This document shows positions 43,129 to 52,269 of a DNA stretch of 64,000 bases, in pieces. Under the pieces are notes generated by a model. The model was not told the DNA's origin. It was given only the letters and a program-made list of their open reading frames with translations, and searched no databases. Source of the DNA: a virus (taxonomy: Duplodnaviria > Caudoviricetes); the IMG/VR virus record IMGVR_UViG_3300038530_003085, positions 96,001 through 160,000 of that record; one strand, given 5' to 3'. Every line of letters begins with the position of its first letter. Within the stretch, counting starts at the first letter, position 1. The position numbers and the translations under genes are program-made.

Positions 43129-45993
43129 TTATTCATCCAATTTTGCATTTGGATCATTATAAGTAATGTTTAAATCTATTTTTTTGCCAGTTTTCTTTGA
43201 CGTAAGCCTGAGTTTGAAGGTATTGTTCCAGATTAATTCTTCAGCATCGCCAACCTTTAAGTTGTCATACTGAGAAGCTGCTGACTGAGAATAATCAACT
43301 CCGTTGTCATTAAAAACTAAGTGCTTTGCGTTTGGTATTACTTCTATTAATCTCTTGAATGGTTCGGAGATATTTTTGTAATTTTCTACAATCATGTCTC
43401 GGTCATTCATTACATCAAATAGTGCATACTTATAACCACCATCATTTACTAATTCAGCTTTTATAATCTGGCTATTTTGTCCTGAAATATTCAACTCGTT
43501 CCTAGTTCTAAACAGATAGTAATATTGCTTGTTAGATTTTACTTTATCATAGAATATTGATGATTTGTATGCAAAATTTTTGTCTGCAATTTTATTGTCA
43601 ATTGTCTTAAGATAGCCAGACTCAAAGTCAAGATAAGACTTGGGCTTCTTATCTATTCTATAAATGTCAATAAATCTTGCAGGGGACACTGTATTTTTTC
43701 TTAGTTTCATCACGTTAGTTAAATCATTAGAGTTTAGATACTTTGCCTTAAAAGTCTCCTCTGCTGCGGTAGTGATTTTTGGATATAACTCTGGTGTAAA
43801 AATCTGATAGTTTAAATTAAAGATCAATGTGTTGCTGTTGTCTAAACTGTATGATGGGTCAACATTTACATTATTTGGAACGTGATCAGTAATTGTAATT
43901 TGCTTGGTGTGAATTGGTACCTCAACTAACTTTAATGATGGCTGAGTTGTTACAATAAAATTAGCAAAATAGGGCGGTATTATTTCATCTGATGCAGAAG
44001 ATCTTCTAATTCTAACTGTGTCTTCTGCAGCAAACGAGGTTATTGTTCCAACACCCACATCGCCAACCTCACCTTCAAGTAAATCGACAACAGGATCACC
44101 AGTAACGGGATCATAATATTCAACGCAATAAGCAGTTACAGGATTATCAAGAGGTGAAATACTATCTGAGCCAGCACCACTGGGTATATCAGTATCACCA
44201 GAATACCCTGATTGTTCACGGACTGTACCTACAACTCTTGTTAATTGAAGATTAGAGAATTTGTATTTTACACCTTCAATGAGGTAGTAGGCATAAATTT
44301 TGTAAGTGTAATCAGTATTGTATTTTACTTGTGAATCAATCAAATTAAATTCTTCCAAGTCTTCACTATTAAAAATCCAAAAGTTTTGAATCGTGCCTTG
44401 TGTATTTGAATCGCCAGACACAGCCCCAGCGATTTTTTCCACTCTATAAGCGACGGCTTCATTTGGTTTTTGTTGAGGCTGATTAAATTCCCCAACTCCA
44501 CCATCAACTGTTTTATTTTGTAGATTTAAAAGTGAATTAATATCTGACATATAAAATGCATTAGAATCATTAACAAAATTTGAAATCGTATCGTTTATAG
44601 TTCTTAAAGTATTTCGCGTATTAAAAGCGCGATAAACACCGACTGTATCGCTTGCTGCTTTAGACTCTACGTTTGTCTGACCAATAACAGTAAAATCATC
44701 TTGATCATCTTTTATTTTATTGTGCGAGTACAACAATAATTCTGTAAAGTCAACTCCTCGAAATTCCACTGTTTGACTTGTTGATTTTCCAACATCATAT
44801 TTCGTGTCTATAGAAGCAGATAAAAATCTCTCATTTATCATGAATTGTAGTTGTTCAGTGGGAAGTATTTCATTTGCCTGATTAAGAAACACTTCTTTGA
44901 TTGTTCTTAAAAAAGTTGTAGAGTATTTATTTTTACTTATTTCTTTGCCATACTTGCCTGATCTTTCAACTGTAAAATTAATTTTATTATAGAAAGGTAA
45001 AAGGTTTGAGTTTATTAAGGGTGGCGAGTTGTGCTTTAAAAAACTAGTTGCATTATCACTGTTAAAAATTAAATTAGTCTGTCTTCTATTTATTTCACTT
45101 TGCAATATACTATCTGATGCTTGTGTGTTTTCAATTAATTTATTTAATTCATTTATAGAATCAGTTTGAGGATTGGTGGCTTCTGCTGCTGTAGCCTGAA
45201 GGTCAGCTTTCGTGCCACTCTTGTAATAGTCTAATATTTTCTTGTCAGCAAAACTTGGGTTATTGTTATAGTCAGAATTTGCGATCAGATTAGTTATGTA
45301 CCAATTTGGTATTTGTCTTTCTGAATTATAGTTTTCTAATAAATTTTGATATTTGCGATCATATTGATTATAATCATATGAGATCTCACTAACGCTTCTG
45401 ATAGAAGCACCATCAGAAAATGTATTTTTCTGAATCGCTTCGTATGGTATGTTGATTGAAGTATAATGTTGATCAAATACAGAGTTACTGTATAATCTCT
45501 CAACAGTAGAGTTTTCAAATTTATCTCCAGTAAAACAGCATTGCCAAAATTTATTACCGGTAGAGGGACTTTGCAATAATTCTTCTGTTGAATTAGCCTC
45601 AACATGACAAACAAATTTTGTAAATGGTAAAATTGTTTCTTGTTTGTGTGCTAGATATCCATTAATATCTGATGAGTCGGTCTCAGGTGTTCCAATTCCA
45701 GTTTCATAATTAAAAATTGCATCATTGATTGATGAGCCCGCATAAGAAACTACGGAGTAGATTAATGGATTTCTATTCGGTGCAGAGTTCATATTTTGAA
45801 ATGTTGGAGGAACAGTAACTTGACCATAGTCATCTATTTCATTAAAGAAAAATCCTCCAACTGAATTTCTAAAATAATCACTAGAGCCAGAAACTAAATT
45901 TAAATCTACAATTGATATTCTACGGCCGCCATATTCATCGTATGGAAATGGTAGAACGTTTTCTTCATCGTACATTCCGTCAGATATACTCAT
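43129..45993 (-). CDS. Large hypothetical virion protein
   Basis: 954-aa ORF; FnIII-like stretches (DSQVKYNTDYTYKI, KQYYYLFR); C-terminal FKLRLTSKKTGKKIDLN. Confidence 0.6.
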   Translation of the reverse strand: MSISDGMYDEENVLPFPYDEYGGRRISIVDLNLVSGSSDYFRNSVGGFFFNEIDDYGQVTVPPTFQNMNSAPNRNPLIYSVVSYAGSSINDAIFNYETGIGTPETDSSDINGYLAHKQETILPFTKFVCHVEANSTEELLQSPSTGNKFWQCCFTGDKFENSTVERLYSNSVFDQHYTSINIPYEAIQKNTFSDGASIRSVSEISYDYNQYDRKYQNLLENYNSERQIPNWYITNLIANSDYNNNPSFADKKILDYYKSGTKADLQATAAEATNPQTDSINELNKLIENTQASDSILQSEINRRQTNLIFNSDNATSFLKHNSPPLINSNLLPFYNKINFTVERSGKYGKEISKNKYSTTFLRTIKEVFLNQANEILPTEQLQFMINERFLSASIDTKYDVGKSTSQTVEFRGVDFTELLLYSHNKIKDDQDDFTVIGQTNVESKAASDTVGVYRAFNTRNTLRTINDTISNFVNDSNAFYMSDINSLLNLQNKTVDGGVGEFNQPQQKPNEAVAYRVEKIAGAVSGDSNTQGTIQNFWIFNSEDLEEFNLIDSQVKYNTDYTYKIYAYYLIEGVKYKFSNLQLTRVVGTVREQSGYSGDTDIPSGAGSDSISPLDNPVTAYCVEYYDPVTGDPVVDLLEGEVGDVGVGTITSFAAEDTVRIRRSSASDEIIPPYFANFIVTTQPSLKLVEVPIHTKQITITDHVPNNVNVDPSYSLDNSNTLIFNLNYQIFTPELYPKITTAAEETFKAKYLNSNDLTNVMKLRKNTVSPARFIDIYRIDKKPKSYLDFESGYLKTIDNKIADKNFAYKSSIFYDKVKSNKQYYYLFRTRNELNISGQNSQIIKAELVNDGGYKYALFDVMNDRDMIVENYKNISEPFKRLIEVIPNAKHLVFNDNGVDYSQSAASQYDNLKVGDAEELIWNNTFKLRLTSKKTGKKIDLNITYNDPNAKLDE

Positions 45994-45995
45994 GA

Positions 45996-46856
45996 TTAAT
46001 ATCCTCCACCACTAGTTCCACTATCGCTAGTGGTGTTCGTTGTTGGAGCAACGGTAGTTGTAGCTGCTGCCACAGTCTGTGTTGTTTCAAGCACCTCATC
46101 CGTGGGTATTTCTTCAAAGGCTACAGAATCTAATTGAAGTTGCTTAGTTGTTTTTACCACATCGACTCTTGAAAGTGCACCGGTCCTCATATCTTCAGAA
46201 TAGCTCGCCATAAATGTATTAAACTTATTTTGTGTGTATGATGGTATATCAGGTGTTTCTAATACGGCATCATAATCAAAACCAAACTTTTTTTTCAATG
46301 CCTCTTTTTCATTATCATCATAGCTGAATACTGTTATCGGACCTACAACAAAATTTACCAATTCATTAGAATATGTTTGACTATCAATTACATTTAATAT
46401 TGGCTCTGTAACATCCTGTACATGTGCAAACATTTTAACATCTTGAGAAGCAATAGTTGAAGATGCATCACTAACATTCTGAATGACATTTGTGTTTTCA
46501 ATTTGTGATAATCCAATCCCATTGCTTGCTCTAACATTATTTATAAATTCTGTTGTTGCAGCAGGCTGTGCACCGCCATAGGCTTTGTGCTTTGTAAAGT
46601 TATATGTTGACGCTTCGGGGCCTTGTAACAGTTGATTATTACCAACAAAACTCTCAGTATCGATAACACTATTAGTAACAGTTATATTATCTTGCGTTAA
46701 TACGAATACACCTGTTTTTTCCACGATCGTTGTTTGATTAACTTCTGAATCAAACACAGCGTAGTTTAACATATCAACTGTTAAATCTTGACTATCATCT
46801 GGGGTCATTACAGCCGGCGGCGTAAATCCGGTGTCGGTATACGTATTGGTAGACAT
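45996..46856 (-). CDS. Hypothetical protein, T-rich tail ending GGGY
   Basis: ORF in the structural operon with a GGGAG SD. Confidence 0.7.
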   Translation of the reverse strand: MSTNTYTDTGFTPPAVMTPDDSQDLTVDMLNYAVFDSEVNQTTIVEKTGVFVLTQDNITVTNSVIDTESFVGNNQLLQGPEASTYNFTKHKAYGGAQPAATTEFINNVRASNGIGLSQIENTNVIQNVSDASSTIASQDVKMFAHVQDVTEPILNVIDSQTYSNELVNFVVGPITVFSYDDNEKEALKKKFGFDYDAVLETPDIPSYTQNKFNTFMASYSEDMRTGALSRVDVVKTTKQLQLDSVAFEEIPTDEVLETTQTVAAATTTVAPTTNTTSDSGTSGGGY

Positions 46857-46868
46857 TACACTCTCCCG

Positions 46869-47441
46869 TTATCTATAGTACTTATTTTTTCCATAATAAT
46901 TATCACTCATATTTAAAATATGTAAATCGCATAAAACTTTGGATAAATCAACTGGTGCCATCAACGTGCCGTCACGCTGAAGTTCATTAACACCGACACG
47001 AGTAGTATTAATGTCATCCAATTCTAATATTGGTCCGTCGTGAGGCGGAAAATAATTATTAACACTAGTCGGTACATTTTCAATATTATCGACTAATTGC
47101 ATATCCATAACGTTGGGATTTATATCTCTTGAAATTTCTGGGTTTTGTTGTAAGAGAGAAAAATCTTTTTTAGTGGGGTCAAGTGCAATGTTCATTTCCA
47201 GTAGAGTATCATTTGTAAGCTTAACCTGATCTAAAATAGAAACATTATTTCTCCGTTGAGTGCGAAGATTTATTGAGCCATTACTAGCTTGCATAGCTTG
47301 CGCTGCATTTTGCAGATTAAAAAGTGTTGGTTCCGTCGTTTTGTTGACAATCTTGTCGCCAAAAACCGCACTATTATTTTGTTTGATAGCATTTTTTTTA
47401 GTTGATGAGTTTTGTAAAACTTCAGTTGGTATTGAAAACAT
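46869..47441 (-). CDS. Hypothetical protein
   Basis: ORF in the operon with an AAGGA SD. Confidence 0.7.
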   Translation of the reverse strand: MFSIPTEVLQNSSTKKNAIKQNNSAVFGDKIVNKTTEPTLFNLQNAAQAMQASNGSINLRTQRRNNVSILDQVKLTNDTLLEMNIALDPTKKDFSLLQQNPEISRDINPNVMDMQLVDNIENVPTSVNNYFPPHDGPILELDDINTTRVGVNELQRDGTLMAPVDLSKVLCDLHILNMSDNYYGKNKYYR

Positions 47442-47452
47442 AATTTATTCCT

Positions 47453-50400
47453 TTAGGTAAAAACACTATATCTGGCAGTGATATCTGAATAGTCTCCAAT
47501 GTGATCTAGAATAGGTGTTTCTAAATCAATTCTAACACGATATTCCGCTGCAGCATAATCATCTGTTGCAATATCATTAGTAATAATATCTAGTCTATCT
47601 TTGATTTTTACAAGTTGCTCATTAAAATTTATTAAATTTGATATGGTGCCAGTCTCGGGCCTAATTTGTTCTAAAATATTTTGACCAAACTGTAGTTTTT
47701 CCGCATAACTTGTGTTGGCAAAAAAGTTACTAAATAAAGATATGTACATTATATAAGTTGAAATCATATCTATCCAAGGACTCTGGTCAGGATGTGATGC
47801 TATTATTCCATCCACAAAAAACTTATTAAATGTTTTTGTAAAATCATTATAGGCGCAAGAATCCAAAGCAGGATTATAGTACTGATCTACAAACCTATTA
47901 TATACCGTGGTGTAATTATTAATTATGGCAGTCAAGCATTCTAGTGAATCATCATGAAACCCTACTTCGATATCAAAAATATCCCTTGATGAATTGTTGG
48001 ACTCTGGCCTAAATGTACCATCAACAGTAACAGTCTCTCTATTAAACTGATCATCATCGATAAAAAATTGATAACTATATAATGCCAACCTGTAATCTTC
48101 TATCCACGTTTTATCTCCAATTAAATTACCATCAATAAACCCGGGGAAAGCAAAATTCCTAAACACTATGTGACTGTGTTCATCTACGGTACCGGCACCC
48201 AGAGCAGTTTCTGGTGGTGCGTCAAATATGTCATTGAATTTAACCGTACTGCCAGCTATAGGTGCAGAACTATACACTAGTGGTCTACTGGGGTTTTGGC
48301 TCGGATCCACTGGAATAGTTACCAAAGAATGTAAGCTATGGCGCGTTGGATCATATGCGGCGGCGCCGAAAGGCTCTGTTAATAGTGCTATTCCAGTACT
48401 ATATGTTTGACTATCGTATACAATACGTCTAATATTTATACAATTATTTGTTAACTCACGTCCTCCGGGGAATTGATCAATTAATGTATCAACGTTAATG
48501 TACCTTGACATTTTAGATGCTTTTCTAATATATTTTTCTAAGTCAACGAAAAAGTATCCAGATTTTTTAATTATGATATCAACATTTGCTAATGTATCGC
48601 ACAATCCTTCATCAAGGCCTGAACCTTTAAAAATGGCAATTCTTAAAAGCATTTGTTCAATTTTTTGTCGGAGAGCATCTTCAACATCTTGGCGCTTTAA
48701 TTCGTTGTATATGGCATCGCTTACAGCGCTGCCGAGTTTAATATGATGAATCCAAGATTGACTAGTTCTTTTCTTTGCTAAGCCCGGAAAAACATTATAT
48801 GGAATTCTCTGTGTAGATGTAAGACCGGAACCAAGCACATTGAGATAATAGTCTGGTTCCTGTTCAACCCCACCCATTGGATCTGGATAAAAGCAGCATC
48901 TAATGTAAGCATCAAAAACACTTGAAAGTCTGTTTGAAAGCACCTGATTAACGCCGGCCAAAAAATCATTATATATATTATGAGAAATTTCTTCTCTAGT
49001 CGATTCTCTAAGTATACTTTGTGATAAAGTTGGTGAGTTGATAAAACCTTGCATAATTGTTGTGACAAGAGTTTTGATTTCGTCTGTCACTTGTGATACT
49101 ACTTCTTCAAGAACTGGAATGGTGCCCTCTGATTCCTCACTAATAGCAACAAGTAAGGAAGTATCTGAATCAATATCATCTCGAACTCTAAGTGAGTTAA
49201 TATTTTCATTTATTGCACTTAAAATAATACTTGCATTCCAATTTCTAGATTGACTTGAATCATATGTAATCTCACCTTGATAACCATATCCTGGGATATC
49301 TTCAGAAAAGTTTACATCAACTGGAGGTCTTAAAGTTAACAATCTTTCTCCCACATTATCGAATATGGCATCTGTACTGTTCAAATGGCCGGGCGCACCA
49401 CTAATAGTATCATCGGCTAAACCAATTTGCGATTTTCCAGAGGAAGCAACTAAATCAAACATTTTATCACGCATAAACCACCATTTCATTTCTTTAAATT
49501 GCGCTGTTGATAATTTTACTAAATCTTTGCCACTGGCATCTGCGTAATCTTCTGCATTGTCTTGTTCGCCGCCACTGTTGCGTCCAACGTCTGTAAGTAC
49601 GCTACCATGATAGCCAACATCTAAAAATTCACCTTGTTGGCCTTCGGCGGCATCTCCAAGGATAGCTTTTCTACCACGAATCCATCGGTCATTAAAATTT
49701 TCTAAAAACTCTTTTAATCTTCCAACTTCTTCGTTTATTAATACAGCATAGTAACTTGCATCTGAGCTATATTCACCTGTATTTTGGTTATAGTAAAGAG
49801 AGGCAACATCAAAGTTTATTCCACTAGCGCCTTCATCTGGTATTATAGCAGAAATTGATTCTGTAACTATATCAGAAACTTCTTCTAGTATATTAGACAC
49901 TTCAGCCTGAAGGGAGTCATTAAGACTATCTGATGTTATTGGTATTTCAGCTTGACCGGGGAATGAGCTTAGTTCTGATACAGGCACATATTTTGCTGCA
50001 TTTGCATGCAAAACGTTTTTATAAATAAAGTTTTCAGGATTAGTCGCCAATTCTTCGTCATATGATGTGTCAAACACAATTGGCGGCACTACTCTATTAT
50101 CTAATATTTTGTAGTTTCTATAGATTCTCCTGACAACTTGTGGCTGACCTAATAAAGTTGCATTAAACTTATTTATACGAATGCCTAACTCACTTGTCAT
50201 GTTGCCTGTCTTTGTAGCAGAACTTTTTGAAGGTGATAGTTTGTTAGCTTTGTATAAATTAGGTATTAGTTCTATTGAGTCTGCATATCTATTGAGCACA
50301 TATTCCATATTATTAATTTGAGAATCTAATGTTTTATCTGTACTAGCTGATGCTTGATACTTGTTAAGAGTTTCTTGTAAAGTATCTCTAATAATTTTAT

Positions 50401-51268
50401 GTGTGACTACATCAGACTTATAATATTTGCCGTCTAGTGCTCTCAATGGTGTGCTATGATATGCTAAGCTATCACCATCAACATAGACTGGATCTCCAAA
50501 CTTTGCTAAACTGCCGTTTGTTTTTACATTTTCATAACTGATGTCACTAAAATTAATTGCAAACGCTGTTTTTGACAAATTTGAAACAGAAAGAGTATTT
50601 AAAGACTCCGAAGTTATGCAAGCAAAAATTGCCATATCCACAGCAGCATCCATATTATAAACGTGAAACGAAAAATCAACGTAAGAGGATTTAATTACTT
50701 GGTTACCAGAGTCGTCAAATTCTGATGTAAAGTCTTCAGTCGTAACATAGTCACTAAGTGGCACACTGTAAACTTGAATTTGTGGGTTAATAATAGAAGT
50801 AATATAACCAGAGATTTGAGAAGTACCTAAATCTAATTCAGCGTTGTAAGAAGTATTCATTATAGGCATACCATTATTTGTATACTCTCTAATACGACTC
50901 AAATTTAGTTTATCATTTTTTAATTCTTCAATTAAATTAGCGTCTTTATACACTATAAAATTAATATATAAGCTGTGATTGTCGTTAGCATCAAAAAGCT
51001 CTTCAAACATCTCCAAAGAATCAAAATTATCATCTGAATTGAAAATAGCAGATGTTTTAATATCAATGTTAGTTAACTGATCAGGAGTCACCGTGAACGT
51101 AGCTGTGATTGGGCCTGTGGAACTGAAGGCATAGCCAGATGAATTAATCGTTTCTACAATGGGGTCATCAGAGGATACACTACTTACTTTTATTGTTTCA
51201 ATTACTGGCGTAGGCAAAAATTTACCAAAATTATTTATTGTATCGCCCTTATAAATTAATCTAGACAT
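47453..51268 (-). CDS. Large hypothetical virion protein
   Basis: 1271-aa ORF; N-terminal FGKFLPTPVIETIKV; within the baseplate region. Confidence 0.6.
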   Translation of the reverse strand: MSRLIYKGDTINNFGKFLPTPVIETIKVSSVSSDDPIVETINSSGYAFSSTGPITATFTVTPDQLTNIDIKTSAIFNSDDNFDSLEMFEELFDANDNHSLYINFIVYKDANLIEELKNDKLNLSRIREYTNNGMPIMNTSYNAELDLGTSQISGYITSIINPQIQVYSVPLSDYVTTEDFTSEFDDSGNQVIKSSYVDFSFHVYNMDAAVDMAIFACITSESLNTLSVSNLSKTAFAINFSDISYENVKTNGSLAKFGDPVYVDGDSLAYHSTPLRALDGKYYKSDVVTHKIIRDTLQETLNKYQASASTDKTLDSQINNMEYVLNRYADSIELIPNLYKANKLSPSKSSATKTGNMTSELGIRINKFNATLLGQPQVVRRIYRNYKILDNRVVPPIVFDTSYDEELATNPENFIYKNVLHANAAKYVPVSELSSFPGQAEIPITSDSLNDSLQAEVSNILEEVSDIVTESISAIIPDEGASGINFDVASLYYNQNTGEYSSDASYYAVLINEEVGRLKEFLENFNDRWIRGRKAILGDAAEGQQGEFLDVGYHGSVLTDVGRNSGGEQDNAEDYADASGKDLVKLSTAQFKEMKWWFMRDKMFDLVASSGKSQIGLADDTISGAPGHLNSTDAIFDNVGERLLTLRPPVDVNFSEDIPGYGYQGEITYDSSQSRNWNASIILSAINENINSLRVRDDIDSDTSLLVAISEESEGTIPVLEEVVSQVTDEIKTLVTTIMQGFINSPTLSQSILRESTREEISHNIYNDFLAGVNQVLSNRLSSVFDAYIRCCFYPDPMGGVEQEPDYYLNVLGSGLTSTQRIPYNVFPGLAKKRTSQSWIHHIKLGSAVSDAIYNELKRQDVEDALRQKIEQMLLRIAIFKGSGLDEGLCDTLANVDIIIKKSGYFFVDLEKYIRKASKMSRYINVDTLIDQFPGGRELTNNCINIRRIVYDSQTYSTGIALLTEPFGAAAYDPTRHSLHSLVTIPVDPSQNPSRPLVYSSAPIAGSTVKFNDIFDAPPETALGAGTVDEHSHIVFRNFAFPGFIDGNLIGDKTWIEDYRLALYSYQFFIDDDQFNRETVTVDGTFRPESNNSSRDIFDIEVGFHDDSLECLTAIINNYTTVYNRFVDQYYNPALDSCAYNDFTKTFNKFFVDGIIASHPDQSPWIDMISTYIMYISLFSNFFANTSYAEKLQFGQNILEQIRPETGTISNLINFNEQLVKIKDRLDIITNDIATDDYAAAEYRVRIDLETPILDHIGDYSDITARYSVFT

Positions 51269-52269
51269 ATTTCTGGAACAACCTCGCTACCATAAATATC
51301 GTTGTACAAGTTTTCTGAGTCATCAAAATCACAATTAAAATCAAGACTTAGATAATATGTTTGCTTGTTATACAAGTCTATTGCTTTGCAAGCAACAGAC
51401 CTGTTAACATTTTTATCTTTTCTAATATCAAAGTAATATTCTACAGCATTCTTTGTTATTTGTTCATTGCTTAAATTAACCTCTGGTCTTTCGGATACCA
51501 TCAAACCATTAACAATTTGTTCTTTTTTGTTTTCAAAATATTTTCTAGTTAAACTTTTAGTTGTACCATTATCGCTAACCATAAAAACTTCGATATCAAA
51601 ATTTTCATTTAAAATTTCTGTATTGACTTCATCGATATAGATCATAGGGTCTTCCATTTGTAATTGTATGACTTTATCATCAGCGAATGTTAAACTTTCA
51701 TAGATACTAAAGTTTGCATTTGGATTGGTTGGAATTGACTGTCGATTTGTAATAACTTTTTTATAATCTAATGAAATGTTAACTTGTGGAATATTAAGTT
51801 CTACAATTGATGTGTCATTTAATTTTTGTGTAGAAGAACTAATGTTTGAACTGAGAGTGACTACTTTCCAAGATGGAACAACACTATTATCTCTACCATC
51901 AATTAGCGAGTCTCCAATTGCATTGTCATATCTAAAATTATCGAATCTTGGCTTTTCAGGCTCTAATGGCACAGTATCAATTGTAATAATACCTAAACCA
52001 GTTTCATCAACCTTTGGTATTTTTTGAAGTTTGCTATCAATATTTTCAAACAAGACTTGAGTGCCAAGATATGGTGTCTCATCTTTAATTCTTGTGTGTA
52101 TACTATTTTGTGATTCTGTTAAACTTGCATACGCACCATCATACATGATATTGTCATCATAGAACGCATAATATACAGGCTTGAATTTGCCAACAGATAA
52201 TTTGTATTTTCCGTAACTTGTAAGTTCTAAGTCGATTACTCTTTCTTTTTTATCTAAGAATGTAGCCAT
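51256..52269 (-). CDS. Baseplate protein with an N-terminus paralogous to 42060-43091
   Basis: FLDKKERVIDLELTSYGKYKLSVGKFKPVYYAFYDDNIMYD aligns with FLDNSGDIILDAVLTDVGR...KFAIGDDEIDY. Confidence 0.55.
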   Translation of the reverse strand: MATFLDKKERVIDLELTSYGKYKLSVGKFKPVYYAFYDDNIMYDGAYASLTESQNSIHTRIKDETPYLGTQVLFENIDSKLQKIPKVDETGLGIITIDTVPLEPEKPRFDNFRYDNAIGDSLIDGRDNSVVPSWKVVTLSSNISSSTQKLNDTSIVELNIPQVNISLDYKKVITNRQSIPTNPNANFSIYESLTFADDKVIQLQMEDPMIYIDEVNTEILNENFDIEVFMVSDNGTTKSLTRKYFENKKEQIVNGLMVSERPEVNLSNEQITKNAVEYYFDIRKDKNVNRSVACKAIDLYNKQTYYLSLDFNCDFDDSENLYNDIYGSEVVPEICLD

